From: the human T2T-CHM13v2.0 reference genome, Homo sapiens
Assembly (NCBI RefSeq): GCF_009914755.1
Contig: NC_060928.1
Reading direction: 5' to 3' (one strand)
DNA: 64,000 nt
A program made the translations under genes and the position numbers. Shown here in pieces: positions 27,261-42,192 of the stretch. The notes under the pieces were generated by a model. That model was not told the origin of the DNA, did no database searches, and was given only the letters and a program-made list of their open reading frames with translations. Position 1 is the stretch's first letter, and every line of letters starts with the position of its first letter.

Positions 27261-27390
27261 CCAGAGAGTACACAGGGCTGTGGCTGCTGCCTCCTCATGA
27301 GCTCTGTAGATATTCAGTAGTTATATAAAAGTTTAGGATTACTTTAAATTGAATATTGAGCACCTTCTACCTATGATGATTACTCTACTC

Positions 27391-27613
27391 CAGGGCTTCT
27401 CAACCTTAGCACTATTAACATTTGGAGCTGGATAATTCTTTATTGTGGGTGCCACAGGGGTCATTATAGGAAGTTTCCTCAGTATCACTGGTAGCTATCC
27501 ATTGAATGCCAATAGCAACCTCCCTACCTTTGTGATAGCCAGAAATATCTGTAGACATTGATAAATGTCCCTTGGGGAGATGAACCAAAACTGCCTCTGG
27601 TTTAGAACTACTG
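27391..27613. mobile_element. MER20 hAT-Charlie DNA transposon, full length
   Basis: cagggcttctcaaccttagcactattaacatttggagctggataattcttt...gacattgataaatgtcccttgggg...tttagaactactg; 8-bp TSD ctctactc / ccctactc. Confidence 0.92.
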
Positions 27614-27687
27614 CCCTACTCCTAAGGTCTCCTGGTCCTTGTAGACTGTGCTTTTTAACCCACACCTAGAGATGAAGACTCAAGGGC

Positions 27688-28066
27688 TGCTATAGTCAGA
27701 ATGTGTGTTCCCCAAAATTTATGCCTTGGAAACTTAATCCTCAATGTAACAGTATTGGGAGGTGTGCCCTTAGGAAAGTGATCGGGTTACAAAGGCTCAC
27801 CCTCATGAATGGTATTAGACGCGCTTATAAAAGGGTCTGATGGAGGGAGCTCATCCTTTTTTTGCCTTTCTGCCTTCTTCCATATGAGGATGCAACCTTC
27901 AAGGTGCCATCTTGGAAGCAGAGACCAAACCTTCACCAGACGCCAACCTGCTAGCATCTTGGCCTTGGCCCTCCCAGCCTCTAGAACTGTAAGAAATAAA
28001 TTTTGATTCTTTGTAAATTACTCAGTCTGCTGTATCCTGTTATAGCAGCACAAACAGGCTTAGACA
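27688..28066 (+). mobile_element. MST (MSTD-like) MaLR solo LTR
   Basis: tgctatagtcagaatgtgtg...caaggtgccatcttggaagcagagacc...ggcttagaca; perfect TSD agggc at 27683-27687 and 28067-28071. Confidence 0.92.
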
Positions 28067-28671
28067 AGGGCCAAAACTCCCTGTAGGCAGGGGTTTTACA
28101 AAGTCCAGTGTTTGTAGTGGTTTGTTGCTGGTCTCTTTGGTCCTGATATCTGCTTTGGACTTTCCTTCTAGCAAATTCTCTTCCTCATTCATTAGTTCAA
28201 ATCATTTTGTCCTTGACTCAAAGACTTACTAGGGGACCCACATTGTTTTATAGTTTAGCTTAGTTGTACTACTCTTCTGGGATTGAAATATTTCATCTTG
28301 CTTTTCTCATCCTTCAGACATGAGTTGCGATGGTCAGTTTTGGCTGAGTATAGTCCCCAGTTATTCACTCAAATTCTATTCTAGGTGTTACCATGAAGGT
28401 ATTTTGTAGATGTTAATTAAGTCCATACTTGTTAACTTGAAGTACGGGAGATTATTTTTGATAATCTGAGTGGGCCTGATTCAATCAGTTGGAAGGCGGT
28501 GAAAACAGAATTGAGGCTTCCCTGGAGAATAAATTCTGCCTGGGTACTGCAGGTTCAGCTTGTAGACATTCCAACTTCAAAACTTCTCTTCCTGACGGCC
28601 CGCCCTATAGATTGTGGTCTTGCTTCACCAATCTACATTGCCACATACACCAGCTCCTTGCAGTAAATCTC

Positions 28672-28762
28672 TTTTTTATTTTTATATTTATTTTAAGTTC
28701 TGCGGTACATGTGCAGGATGTACAGGTTTGTTACGTGGGTAAATGTGTGCCATAGTGCATGG
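28672..28762 (-). mobile_element. L1PA 3'-terminal stub (about 90 bp)
   Basis: ttttaagttctgcggtacatgtgcaggatgtacaggtttgttacgtgggtaaatgtgtgccat, the primate L1 3' end; TSD tgcagtaaatctctt on both sides. Confidence 0.9.
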
Positions 28763-28775
28763 TGCAGTAAATCTC

Positions 28776-29066
<291 letters not shown>

Positions 29067-29709
29067 AGTAAATCTCTTAATACATATCTCCTACTGGCTT
29101 GTTTCTCTGGTTGAACCTGACTAATGTGTGAGTCTTGCCCATGAAGACCATGACCATGGTTAGGTCCCAGCTATTTGTATTTAGAACTCCCCTTCATTGC
29201 CATCCACCTGCCTCTGGCTCTTCACTTGCCCATGAAGGTGAGCCCCGAAGGACCTCTCTGACACCAATTACCTCCCTTCCTGGCTATGCCTCTTGTCATC
29301 TACCATGAGATTCCTTCTGATGTCTGCACACCTGTGGGATTGCCTTCTGGTGCCTACACTCTGAATCTGCCCAAGCTACCTCCTCTAAATGACAGGTCTG
29401 TCCATTCTCAAGTTTTTTTGCCCCCCCAATCGGCCTAGTCCCACCCAAAACGAGATCCAATTACCAATGCCACATGAATAAATAAAACAAGTTAATTAGA
29501 AGTTCCATAGAAAGAATAAAAGTAATAAAAATAATAGGTCATTCAATATATTTCACCCCTGGAAAGGGAGAAAGAACACAGGCAAAGAGGTGACAGTTTT
29601 TTGCTAATGTATTCCCACAACCATGGAGAACAGATATGCTATAATCTCATTGACATGCCATCGGGATTGTTCGTAATTTTCCATAAAGAATCACCTGTGC
29701 CACCTAGAA

Positions 29710-30050
29710 CAGCAGTGCTCAACCTTTTTGGCACCAGGGACTGGTTTCATGGAAGACAATTTTCCACAGATGGAGGGTGGCAGGGGGATGATTGCAGGAC
29801 GAAACTGTTGCACCTCCGATCATCAGGCATTAGATTCTCATAAGGAGCACTTGACCTTAGATCCCTCCCATGTGGAGTTCACGATAAGGTTCACACTCCT
29901 GTGAGAATCTAATGCCACGGCTAATCTGACAGGAGGCGGAGCTCAGGCCCTAATGCTCACTTGCTCTCAGCTCCCCTCCTGATATGCAGCCCAGTAGGTA
30001 GCAGGCTGGAGACCAGTACCATTTCCTGGCCCAGGGGTTGGGGACCCCTG
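29710..30050. mobile_element. MER1B hAT-Charlie DNA transposon
   Basis: cagcagtgctcaacctttttggcaccagggactggtttcatggaagacaa...ggcattagattctcataaggagc...ggggttggggacccctg; 8-bp TSD acctagaa / atctagaa. Confidence 0.93.
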
Positions 30051-30648
30051 ATCTAGAAGTAACTGTGGTTCTCAAAATTTTTATCAACAAAAACAGTAAC
30101 TGGAACAATATTGCCTTTTCAGTTTCCCAGCTTCTATGAGTAGTAATACTAAAAAAAAAAAAAATCCATTAATGAATGCAACTCTTTAATAAATTAGGTT
30201 TATATAAAGTACATTTCATGAAATGGGTTTCAGCTGGGTTGGAGTCTGTACACAGAAGATGAGTGGCCATCCAGAGCTGTGATACTTGGAAGTTGTCCAG
30301 GAGGGGTGTGAGGCATCTAGGGAAGAAGGCTTGGAGCAGCTCCTAACTCTGAGGCTCTGATATCCATACCCATGGCTGTGCTTTCCATATCAAATAGGGC
30401 AAAGTCTCCTCCGCTGTTCAAGTAATTTATTTCCTAGAACAATTCCGCTTTGTTTTTGGCTGACAGGGTAAAACAGATGAAAAAGAAATTTTATTTTTCT
30501 TAAATTATGAAACAAAAGACTCCAATAATTTGGGCTATTTTTATTTCAGTGTCTATTTTCACAGTAGATTAAGTACAAGAAACTTTTTCATATTTTCTTA
30601 GTTGCAATGATTAGTGATAATGGGCACGTTTAACTAGAAATTTTCTTT

Positions 30649-30650
<2 letters not shown>

Positions 30651-30679
<29 letters not shown>
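30651..30679. repeat. (AC)14 microsatellite
   Basis: Seen directly. Confidence 0.97.
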
Positions 30680-30682
<3 letters not shown>

Positions 30683-31311
30683 GTTTGGGATAAAAAGCCT
30701 TCACCCCTCAGCATCAGCTTTGATTGTACTGTTTTCTTTACACCATGTGCCGTGGCTCACAAAAGCATAGGTTAAATATTTGCAAGGAAAACATGCAATC
30801 CCATAGCGAAAGCACCACCGCTGTAAATATTTTCATGTTCTAATGGGGGCCTTGGGGTGTTGTTCTAGGAAACAATATCCCTTTCTTATGTGCTAGAGAT
30901 AGAGAACAGGGGGTTGGGACCTTTACCCTCCCCCACACTGGTTTAGCTTTTTCTTGAATGCCAGTGGCAGCACATGTGGTTCAGAGGCTCATGTTTTTCC
31001 CTTATGTATTTTATATCATCGCCTTTTAAAAAATTCTTCCTTCTGTAGAGTTTTAGACCTCCTTCGACACAATCTAAATTTTAAAGGTGCTCAGATGTAA
31101 GTGTCTATGTTGACACTTTAAAGAAAAGTGGAATATAGACTGCCATGGTGTTATCTTTATTTCAATTTCCAGGTTGGGCAGTTCTGCCTGTTACTCAAGT
31201 GGAATATTCTCTGAGGAATTCCAGAGAGAGCCACTCCTGCCCACTATGGATGGCAGTGCCTAGAGCCCCAGTGCACCAAAGTCCCTGATAGCCACCTTCT
31301 CATTTTGCATG

Positions 31312-31700
31312 CTGGACTAACTGACTTCCCTCTGGTCTTTGCACACATTCTGTGCTTTCCTGCTTTGGTGGCTTTCCTCACCGCATCTCAGTCTGCTAGG
31401 ATCCCCAGATTCCCCGCTCCTGGCCCTCTCGTCCAGGCATAGCTGAAGTGCCGCTTGCTCCAAAAAAGCCCTCCCAGATTCCACTGGAAGGAAACAATCT
31501 CTTCCCCCTTTGAATCCCCTTTGGTGTTTTGTCACAGTTCTCATCTTATATCCTGCGATATAATCCTTTGTCAATAATGAGACTCCTTGAAGACACAACT
31601 CCATCTTAATTATTCTTTAAAATTCCACAGCTCCTAGCAGAGGGCTTAGTGCTAGTGAACACAGAGTAAATATTTATAAGTCGAATGAATACATGCATTT
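31312..31700 (+). mobile_element. L2 3' end
   Basis: gactccttgaagacaca...cacagctcctagcagagggcttagtg...taaatatttataagtcgaatgaat. Confidence 0.7.
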
Positions 31701-31719
31701 GTGGAATATATGAACTTAC

Positions 31720-31781
31720 CTGTTTGTAGCAGCCTTGCTGTATTTGCCAAGAAGTCTGCCTGAGCGGTATTTATACAGCTG
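31720..31781 (-). other. Candidate exon (62 nt; 59 nt with the NAGNAG alternative)
   Basis: Minus strand: taagctctctgtacag|CAGCTG...AAACAG|gtaagt (consensus donor). Confidence 0.25.
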
Positions 31782-34106
31782 CTGTACAGAGAGCTTAAAT
31801 GAGGTAGCATGTTAAGATTAAAAATAATTTATAGAAAACGGCAATGAGAAGTCACTTTAATGAAATGCATCTCTTGAGGGTCTACTATGTGTAAATTACT
31901 CAGAAGATTTGAACCCCAAGTGAATGAATAATAATAGTGACTCACACATGGCTAGCATTTTAGTTTCTGTTTAGGCTACTCTGCCATGCAAATTCTTTGG
32001 TTCTATTCATACTCAGTTAGACAGGATTAGTATCAACAGGAGAATGTTTGGAAGTACAAGGCAACAATAGATCACGTTTCTATCATTTAACTCGATTGTT
32101 TTGGGTCAAAATGATTTTATATATCTCATACAGAAAATTATTTTGTTCACAATTATTCTATACATTGCATTATATAATGGGAGCTAAAGAACAAGAGAGC
32201 TTTTCTTTGGTAAATGAACAGGAGACTAGAGGAGGTGTATTATTTTTGAAACCACAAATGTCACTTCATCAGGTTTCTTTTTTCAGGTCTTTGATATCTT
32301 AGGAGATCTTTCTCCCTCCCTCACACCCCCCCACTTCTGGCTGCTCTCCAGAAATTGCTTGTCAGTAGAAATTTGCTCACACAGTGAGATAAAAACCCTA
32401 AGCAGATAAATGAACAGAGATAAATCACTTGCCAAGCTAAATGCTTTAATAGTGAGTTTATTACCTCTTGTTTCTTTTTGATACTTTAAAATCCTCAAAC
32501 TTTGTAATGGAGACTGCATAATTGATTGGAGTTTTTGGTGAAGTATTTGCCGTAAGAGTCACAAAAGTGGGGGATGCTGTATTATAAGCTTTTAAAGGAA
32601 ACAGACTTATTTAAGGAGAGAGTGTTATTTGTGTAATCCCTACATTTTTGTAATTTCAAAGCTCATATCTGTTGAACTAGCCCTTTACAAAAACTAAAAT
32701 ATAAATAAAAGCTTTATCTATCAAACTAGTCTATTCATTCTCCATATTGTTCAGAATGGTTATTTAGTATATTTTTTCACTTTTCCACTAATGCTGTAAG
32801 TTAGGAGATTCAGCTTTCTGTCTTAACTCCACTGCTTAACGTATGAGAAGTATGTATGACACTTGCAGAATGTCCTTTGAGGACAAGGTAATAATGTTTT
32901 AAAATGAATTTCCAAATATAAGGCATCCACTATTGGCAATTTTGGAGGATATCTTTGCTAGCTCTTAGGAAGTTCTAGGTTTTCCAGGTTTAATTTTGGG
33001 CAAATAAAAGGGGAGCTGTACTAATTCTCCTACAAAATTGTAGAAAAAATATTACCCCAGATCCTATCTAAAATGAGTTATCCTATGATTATTAGCTTTA
33101 ATTAAGAGTGGACATACAATCGTATGTGGCAATGAGAATACGATCTAAAAAAAAGGCGGAGGGAGAAAAAGAAAGATCTCAAAATGCAGGGAATGGATTA
33201 ATTGAGACAGATGAGAAGCGATTAGCATTTTGTTTCTTGCAGGTGATATTCAGAGTACGAAGTCAAGCATGATAGCGGCTATCTGCAGAGTGCTAAATGC
33301 TTCCATTGGAAGGCATGAGTGAAAGCTGGTTATTGAATGAGACTTTTTGGTAACAGATTATTCAACAGTGATTACTTTCTTTAGCCAGAACTGGGATATG
33401 TGAGGAACCTCTGAATACATGAGTCTTCTTTTTTTCCAGGATAGACCTTAATTACCTGCGTTGCCTTCTAACACTGTGTCCCTCCACTTCCTATTCCCCT
33501 GCTTGTTGTTATTTTGGTCTCTCTCCTCCTCCTCTGTAAAGAGTTGTCATGAAAGAGCTACTGTGGAAGTATGTGAACCATTCATATTGAGATCCTCCTC
33601 CCATCCAAAAGAATGGTCTTTTTGAAGTAACTTCAAAACTATTCTATCAATCAGAAATTTGCTTTTTGAGTAGGAGTTACAAAGGCATCAAGAGGAAAAT
33701 AAGGAAAATAGTCACTTAGATCTCTGTTTTGATTGGCTGAACCCCTTTAAATAATTTATATATGACTGTAATCACAATATTTCTTGCCTGATGAGCTTCT
33801 ATACTTGAAGCAATGATGGGGGAAAAAACCAATACACTAAGTTGTTGATAGTAACCCCTGGGGAAAATATTTCTCTACTAAAGCATTCTTACTATAAGTA
33901 TTGAAAATCTGGAAATGTAACAACAAATTGAAATTATGAAACCACTGAAGGAAACTATTGCTTGTAATCGTCGCTGCCTTTCTCACAGCTTGACTCGATG
34001 ACAGCTTGATAGGTTTACTGCAGTTGGCATTGGATTGCTTTGGCTCACTAAATGGCAGCTATCTCATATGCCCTTGATTGTGCACAAATTAATCAAAGGC
34101 TTTTGA

Positions 34107-34564
<458 letters not shown>

Positions 34565-34813
34565 AACATAATCTATTAAGAGTGCTAGAAGTATGCTGGT
34601 CCAATATGCATATTGTAAGACAGTTCTCTCAGCAAACATTTTTTGGTAGTGATATAGCACTATGTAGAATAACAATTTCACAATCTCAACTGTCCACGTC
34701 TAAAACCAGAAAAGTATATATACTTAAATGTCATATTCTTCCCATTTTATATGACATGAAGGGGAAAGGTGAAAAATGGCTAAATCATAACAACATGAGT
34801 TGCTGATCAGGCA

Positions 34814-34973
34814 AGACTTAATATTCAAAGCACCTACAACAATGGAAAAAAATCAAAATTAAGGAAAAATGATCTTCTAATTCACCAGACTCAATATTCA
34901 AAGCACCTACAACAATGGAAAAAAAATCAAAATTAAGGAAAAATGATCTTCTAATTCACCAGACTCTATATTC
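34814..34973. repeat. Near-perfect 73/74-bp tandem duplication
   Basis: Unit 1 34814-34886 and unit 2 34887-34960 differ by one substitution and one extra A. Confidence 0.97.
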
Positions 34974-35284
34974 TACTCGGTGTCCTAGCCATGTCCTGGT
35001 GGAAAGTAGATTGCTTAGGGAAGCACATTAAGTATTTCCGGCCACCAGGTTACAATGCGTTAAGACCACCGGGCACTCACTGACATTTGAGGACAGACTC
35101 AGTCACTGCGCACATCAAGTCCATGTCATTGATAGTTGTGTGAAGTTATGGGCTACCTGTCGCATTTTTAATTCAGTTCTCAGAAATGATAGCAGTGGCC
35201 CTACTAGAAAGTGTTCCCAGGTGTCATTAGCATAAGCAACTACAGTAGTCCTACTGGCACTAAAAACTATTTTTAAAAGATTCA

Positions 35285-35638
<354 letters not shown>

Positions 35639-36833
35639 CTAAATCAGGTCTTTCCCACCATTTTATTGGTATAGAAATAGAAGTACAGGGATTTGGAAGG
35701 TATTCCAAATTGTAGTCCCACTGAAGGAGATTAGGAAAGGCATTATTAATTTGGAATTTGGATATTTGGTAAACTTCAGAAAGGAAATTAATTTCACAAA
35801 TGTAATGCCAGATTCTATTGACAGTAAAATACCCTCAATCACAAAACACAGTTAACATAAGTGTACTCAAAAGAACAAAAAGATTCAATTTGTAAATATT
35901 CCTATTTTTTACATAAAATGTGGTGAACATATGCCTTAGAACTGGATGAATATGGTGATTTGGAGATTCAAGACCAAAACTGTTTATTTAGAAATGGCTT
36001 AAACAGACTCAATGAAAAAACCAATTCCTCCTTAAAGTCCTTCTGTCTTCTTCACTCCCGCTTTTTGATATCTGCATCGTCACATTTCTTATGGGGGACT
36101 CTCCAGAGTATATTCTAATAGTGACCCCAAAACCTAGCGCAGGACCAACACTTGCCAACTCGTGCATGTTTTAAAGAGACCCATGCAAGAAAAACAATGA
36201 ACTTAATAGAACGTGAATCTTTTTTTTATGTAAACATCCAGCACAAATTTGTTAGTAGTGGGTTTATTTTGTAAATAACTATAAAAGCATTCCAGTTACA
36301 TATATTTATTCCTATGAAGCCATAACTTGTAATAAAATTTCCATAAGAATGATGTGTATTCACAGTGGATTACTAAGTTAACCTTGAAATGAATAGTTAT
36401 CTGTAATTATTTGATAACTAAAAAAAAATAAGCCGGAGAAAAAACGGCCACTAGTTATTTAACAAAGAAAAACAATTGTTAGATGTTGGTAGCACTATCA
36501 ATGATAAGTGTTAATTTTCTGGTCATCAGTAGTAAAACTATTAAGGTAACATAATTAAAAGGTGTGACGGGATCAGGATGTAATTTATTTGTCTCACAAA
36601 GTTTCTGGATTGACAGCTCCACTTGTTACAGATCCAGGCGTGAAAGCGTTTCTTTCCCATCTCATGTCAGTCAATCTCTAGATAAATTTGAATCCCTACT
36701 AAGCACCAGGGCCAGGGCCTATCTTCTGAGGCCATCAGCAAAGTGGCTATTAGGATTTCTCATTACTACATTCCCAGAGGGGTTTAAAAGAGGAAAAAAG
36801 GCAACCAGCGTTTTGTTGATTATTACTGTAAAG

Positions 36834-37011
36834 CAGCGAATCTTAACCCTAGCTACACATTAGAATCACCCAGGGAGTTTTTGAAAAATACAGCTGCCTA
36901 GGCCACCCCCAGAGGTTTGGATTTAATTGGTATGGGGTGAGATCCCGGCAAAGGTATTCTTTAAAAGCTCCCCAGACGATTTTAATGTGCAACCAGGGTT
37001 AAGAGCCACTG
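36834..37011. mobile_element. MER5-type hAT-Charlie element
   Basis: cagcgaatcttaaccctagctacacattagaatcacccagggag...aaaagctccccagacgattttaatgtgcaaccagggttaagagccactg; TSD ctgtaaag / ctctaaag. Confidence 0.9.
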
Positions 37012-37109
37012 CTCTAAAGGGAAGATAAAATTTGCAAATTCTGTTGTTCGTCCCCACTGAAAGTGGAAAATTTTAGCCTTTCTTAGATATTCCTCTTCTT
37101 TCCCAGGAA

Positions 37110-37322
37110 AGAAGTGTGGTGTTGCAGAAATGGCAAGAATTCAGAACCGGGAGGCTATGCTCTGATTTCATCTCTGTCATTTCCTAGCTGGGTGACACCA
37201 GACAGGGAGTCCTATAAAGCAGGAGTCGCAATAATTCCTCTTTTCCCTACCTTCCAAGGGGCAGAATTCAACAAAACAAACAAGGTCATGTACAGGAAAG
37301 CCCTGAAATGGGAAAGCTGTTG
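37110..37322 (+). mobile_element. Degenerate MIR
   Basis: gtgtggtgttgcagaaa...ctctgtcatttcctagctgggtgac...ccctaccttccaagggg. Confidence 0.5.
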
Positions 37323-38554
37323 TTAGTCTCCCAACTGATTGTGTCTGTTAGCACTAATTGGTAACACCTATCAATTAGTGCTAACAGATGGTGGGAGACA
37401 GGGGTAACTCTTTAAGATCCGTATTGGTGATTCGTCAAATATAATATACTTTGTAAGATTTTTCCCTCTCCCTGTTAATTCAAGGCACATCTATTTGCAA
37501 AGAAGAAACAAACTATGTAGAGTTCAGGTTCACCTCTGTTCTTATCTGCAAACAGTCGTGAGCAGTCGGCAGAGCCAGAAGCCAGCGTGGCTCCGTGTAC
37601 CACCGGAGGAGCCTAAAAGTAGCTCACACAAAAGATTTGCATACACCAGCACAGCGCTTTTCTGCTAAAATGCCCACTTAGCACATGCAACAAATTCTTT
37701 GTTGATGTGCCCTCCTCTACAAAGAATAATCCAGTTCAAGCAATGTCTTCTGAAGCTCTTGCCTCCCTGACAGTCACGATTTGCAAACAGACTATCATTT
37801 CAATCATTGGTTCTTCGGTGAGACTGAGTGGGTGACCCACAGCTCACCAGGTTCCACGGCTGAGGGAGGAACCCTGTGGCAGATGCTTCACCCCAGGTAT
37901 GAGGCAGTCGGAACCAGGTAAGGAGAGCAGGACGATGCCTACCAAGCAACAGTCTTTTATAGACAGAGCAGCTGTGAGAGTCATTGTTGCAAAGTACTGA
38001 CAGGCTGTTTTCATGTTGATCATTTTCAAGTATGAAAACAAAACAAGAGAGGCCAAGACAGGGCTTGTGACTGGAACAGTAGTGGGAACCAATTCATTAA
38101 AAAAAATGATCTCTTCCTCTTCCTTCTCAGTAAGGGATATCATCTTCCGTATTCATGTCCCCAGCCTGGCTTCCAGAAAGAGAGTTCTGCCTGCTTGGAA
38201 ACTGGTTTCTAGGAACTGAGGTTTCTTCCTTGACCCTTTTTGAGGGAGGAGAAAAGGCAGAGCTGTTTTCTCTGACTAAACCAAACTTCCATAGTATCCT
38301 GATGAATGCCCTGGCTCCAGGAGGGGAAGCTGAAGCCAAGCTGCCCCTGCCACGTGTGGGCTTTGAGGTGCTCCTTCCCTTACTGCCAAGGTTGCCGTCT
38401 CCTCTGCCGCCCCTGACTGCGGCACCATCCTGGTGAATGGACTCTCTGATGGCCCAGGCCAAAGGCTTCCACACCAAAAAGCCCCTTTGCTTTTCTCTGG
38501 GGTTTGGAGGATGCCAAATAATATTCCTTCTTCTTTCTTTCAATACTAGTGGCA

Positions 38555-39100
38555 TTTTTACAGTGCTTTACTGTTTACAAAGCCCACTATTTGTATAAAT
38601 CTTCAAAATATCCCAATGAAGTAGCCATTATGATTCTATTCGATCAATGCTGAGATTAAGGCTCAAAGAGTTCATGTTTCTTGCCCAGGATTACACACTG
38701 TAAATGACAAAACAACACTTGAACCCAGGATTTCTTTTTTTCTTCTTTTTTTTCTTTTTTTATAAGATGGGGTCTCACTCTGTTGCCCAGGCACTGAGAA
38801 AGTGCAGTGGCACCATCTCAGCTCACTGCAACCTCCACCTTGCAGGTTCAAGTGATTCTCCTGCCTCAGCCTCCTGAGTAGCTGGGATTACAGGTGTGTG
38901 CCACCACACCCGGCTAATTTTTTGTATTTTTAATAGAGATGGGGTTTCACCATGTTGGCCAGGCTGGTCTTGAACTCCTGACCTCAAGTGTTCCACTCAT
39001 CTCGGCCTCCCAAAGTGCTGGGATTACAGGAGTGAGCCACTGCACCCATCCCCAGGATTTCTAATTCTAAGTCCCATTGTCCTCCCATGATACCACCCTG
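38555..39100 (-). mobile_element. MIR SINE interrupted by an Alu
   Basis: ttacagtgctttactgtttacaaagc...aaggctcaaagag...cttgcccaggattacacac...cttgaacccagg. Confidence 0.75.
38736..39050 (-). mobile_element. AluS (Sz/Sx-like), full length
   Basis: Antisense dimer; TSD cccaggatttct at 38724-38735 and 39051-39062. Confidence 0.96.
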
Positions 39101-39749
39101 TCTGTCAGGGACCCCCTCTGGTGACACACTTGCTACCCTGTGTGCATTGAGGTGCCGTCACCACCCCAGCCAAGGTGACATGGACCCGTTGCACTGCTCT
39201 CATTCATCTCACAGACATAGGGGAGACAGTACTTTAAATCACACGCACACAGGCCTTCTCTTAAACAGGGTCTTTGAATTCATGTGGTGACTTTTTGCTT
39301 CACCTTAAATTGTTCACTAAAATTAGATCACGAAAGAGTGAATTATTTCTGTCTTTACATCTGACACTATCACTGTTAACAAACAGCCACACTGGATGCT
39401 TCTCAGTTATATTCAGAACTTCTGAAATGTTCCTGTTTTCTAGATTTTACAGTGTTTCAGGAAGTGCAGCAACTATAATGATGTTTCTGTCTAAAATGTT
39501 GTATTTGCTAGGTGCTGATACCTGGATAGGAATAAAGAGATATATTGATGGGGCTAAATATGTGTTAAAGGGGATGACCTGCTGTTGACTTCAGACAGTT
39601 CATTGGTAAAATTGCAATAGTTTGGGGTTTGGTCCTGAACTTCATATGTGTAGAAACTCAATGTAGTCAATCGGCCTAAAGTTGATCAGGTTTAGGAGAA
39701 CGAACTCACTCTACACAGATGCTCATAATATTGATTGGTAAATGAAAAG

Positions 39750-40734
<985 letters not shown>

Positions 40735-40754
40735 CCAGCTTGCTTCTTCTGCTC

Positions 40755-40905
40755 GGTCTCTCTAGCCTCAGTTTTCTCACCTGTAAACTAGGGGAAATAA
40801 CATCCCTCAGAGTAAAGAGACAAAGATTGGGTTATATTATGTTATATAAATTGCCTTGCTGTGTGCCTGCCACACAGTAACACCTAACACTGTTTAATTA
40901 GTTTG
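40755..40905 (+). mobile_element. MIR fragment
   Basis: gcctcagttttctcacctgtaaactagggg...gtgcctgccacacagtaa. Confidence 0.7.
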
Positions 40906-42128
40906 CCCTTCCCAGATGGACTGAAATCTTTAACCACTTGATAGTCCTGGAGAGTCTCCTGTCCAGCTTGATCCCGTCACCAAGTTTCCTGAGTGTAGGT
41001 CGCTCCTGTAATGTTAAGCTTATCTACGCTGACTGAAGTTTTTACTATTTTCAGTTTCAGAATGACTCTTCCCTAACTGTGTGCCTAAATTCTGGGGGAC
41101 TTTTTCCTACAACTTCTCATACACATAGGTAGCATTTCAATTAGACACCGGCCTCATCAAAGTAAAAATAATCTTATCATCTTAAAAATCTTTCTCTCTT
41201 TCCAACCCCCAAAAAACTGGTTTTTCATAATTCATGACAATGTTTGTCTAATTTAATATAATTGACACAGACAAATAATCAATTTTTCATTTTGTATATT
41301 GTTTAAAAATAGATTTACTATGACTTACAGATAATTCTTTAATTCTTATCCTTCACTTCCCACAAATATTAAGATTTTATGATCAAATTTTGTACTTTTT
41401 GGGCTTACATTTAAAGATTGCAAAAAATTTTGTTTTTGGTAATCTCTTGATTAGCAGTGTCTCTTTTGAGGTGAGTTTGTCATCTGCATGTATTATTCTA
41501 ATAAGTCCACCTTTGAGAGTCATGGAGTTCTTATTTCTCCAGTTTTATTTCGGCTACAGAAGTTAGAAAAGCCAAATGGTTTATTATTTAATATTGTTGC
41601 TATCAGATGTTTAACCCTGAAAGCATTAACCTATCATTTTAATTAACATTGCCTATGTGCCAAAAAAAAAAAAACCTGATTTTTTAGAGTTATAAAAGAC
41701 TGGACATAAGGGAATTTTATGTGTACTGTAAAAAATTAAAATAAGCTATCTAGTCTTTTTAAAAGATCACTGACCTTAATTTTCACATTTTGAAAAAAAC
41801 TAGGAATGTTACAAAAATCTGATTTCAGAAACATCAATCACAGGACACTAGCTAACAAAGAACAAAGCTTTGTAGAGAACAGATTCTGCAGGAGTGATTG
41901 AACCAATCAAGCAGTATTGCTTGTGTTGAAACCAGCTAATATGTAATCAGTTACACAACAGACAAAATATGGACTATTAAGATGATATTACCATGGGTGA
42001 AAAGGAATTTACTAGGAGCAATACACTAAGAGTCCAAAAAGATCCCAGAGTTAATTCAGCACACTCTGTGTCAACCCTGCATGAAGCATCAGGGAATATA
42101 CATCTATACAGTAATATATATATATTAC

Positions 42129-42130
<2 letters not shown>

Positions 42131-42188
<58 letters not shown>
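42131..42188. repeat. (TG)29 microsatellite
   Basis: Seen directly; longest pure dinucleotide tract in the window. Confidence 0.98.

Positions 42189-42192
<4 letters not shown>

Noticed and set aside
33228-33355. Plus-strand acceptor ttttgtttcttgcag with a weak donor TTG|gtaaca
   Set aside because: Weak donor and no recognisable coding frame; isolated splice-like signals are common.
37844-38555. Overlapping ORFs of 68-142 aa in a GC-richer unique region, and a plus-strand acceptor at about 38130
   Set aside because: No recognisable domain, ORFs on both strands, and no coherent exon chain; compatible with chance.
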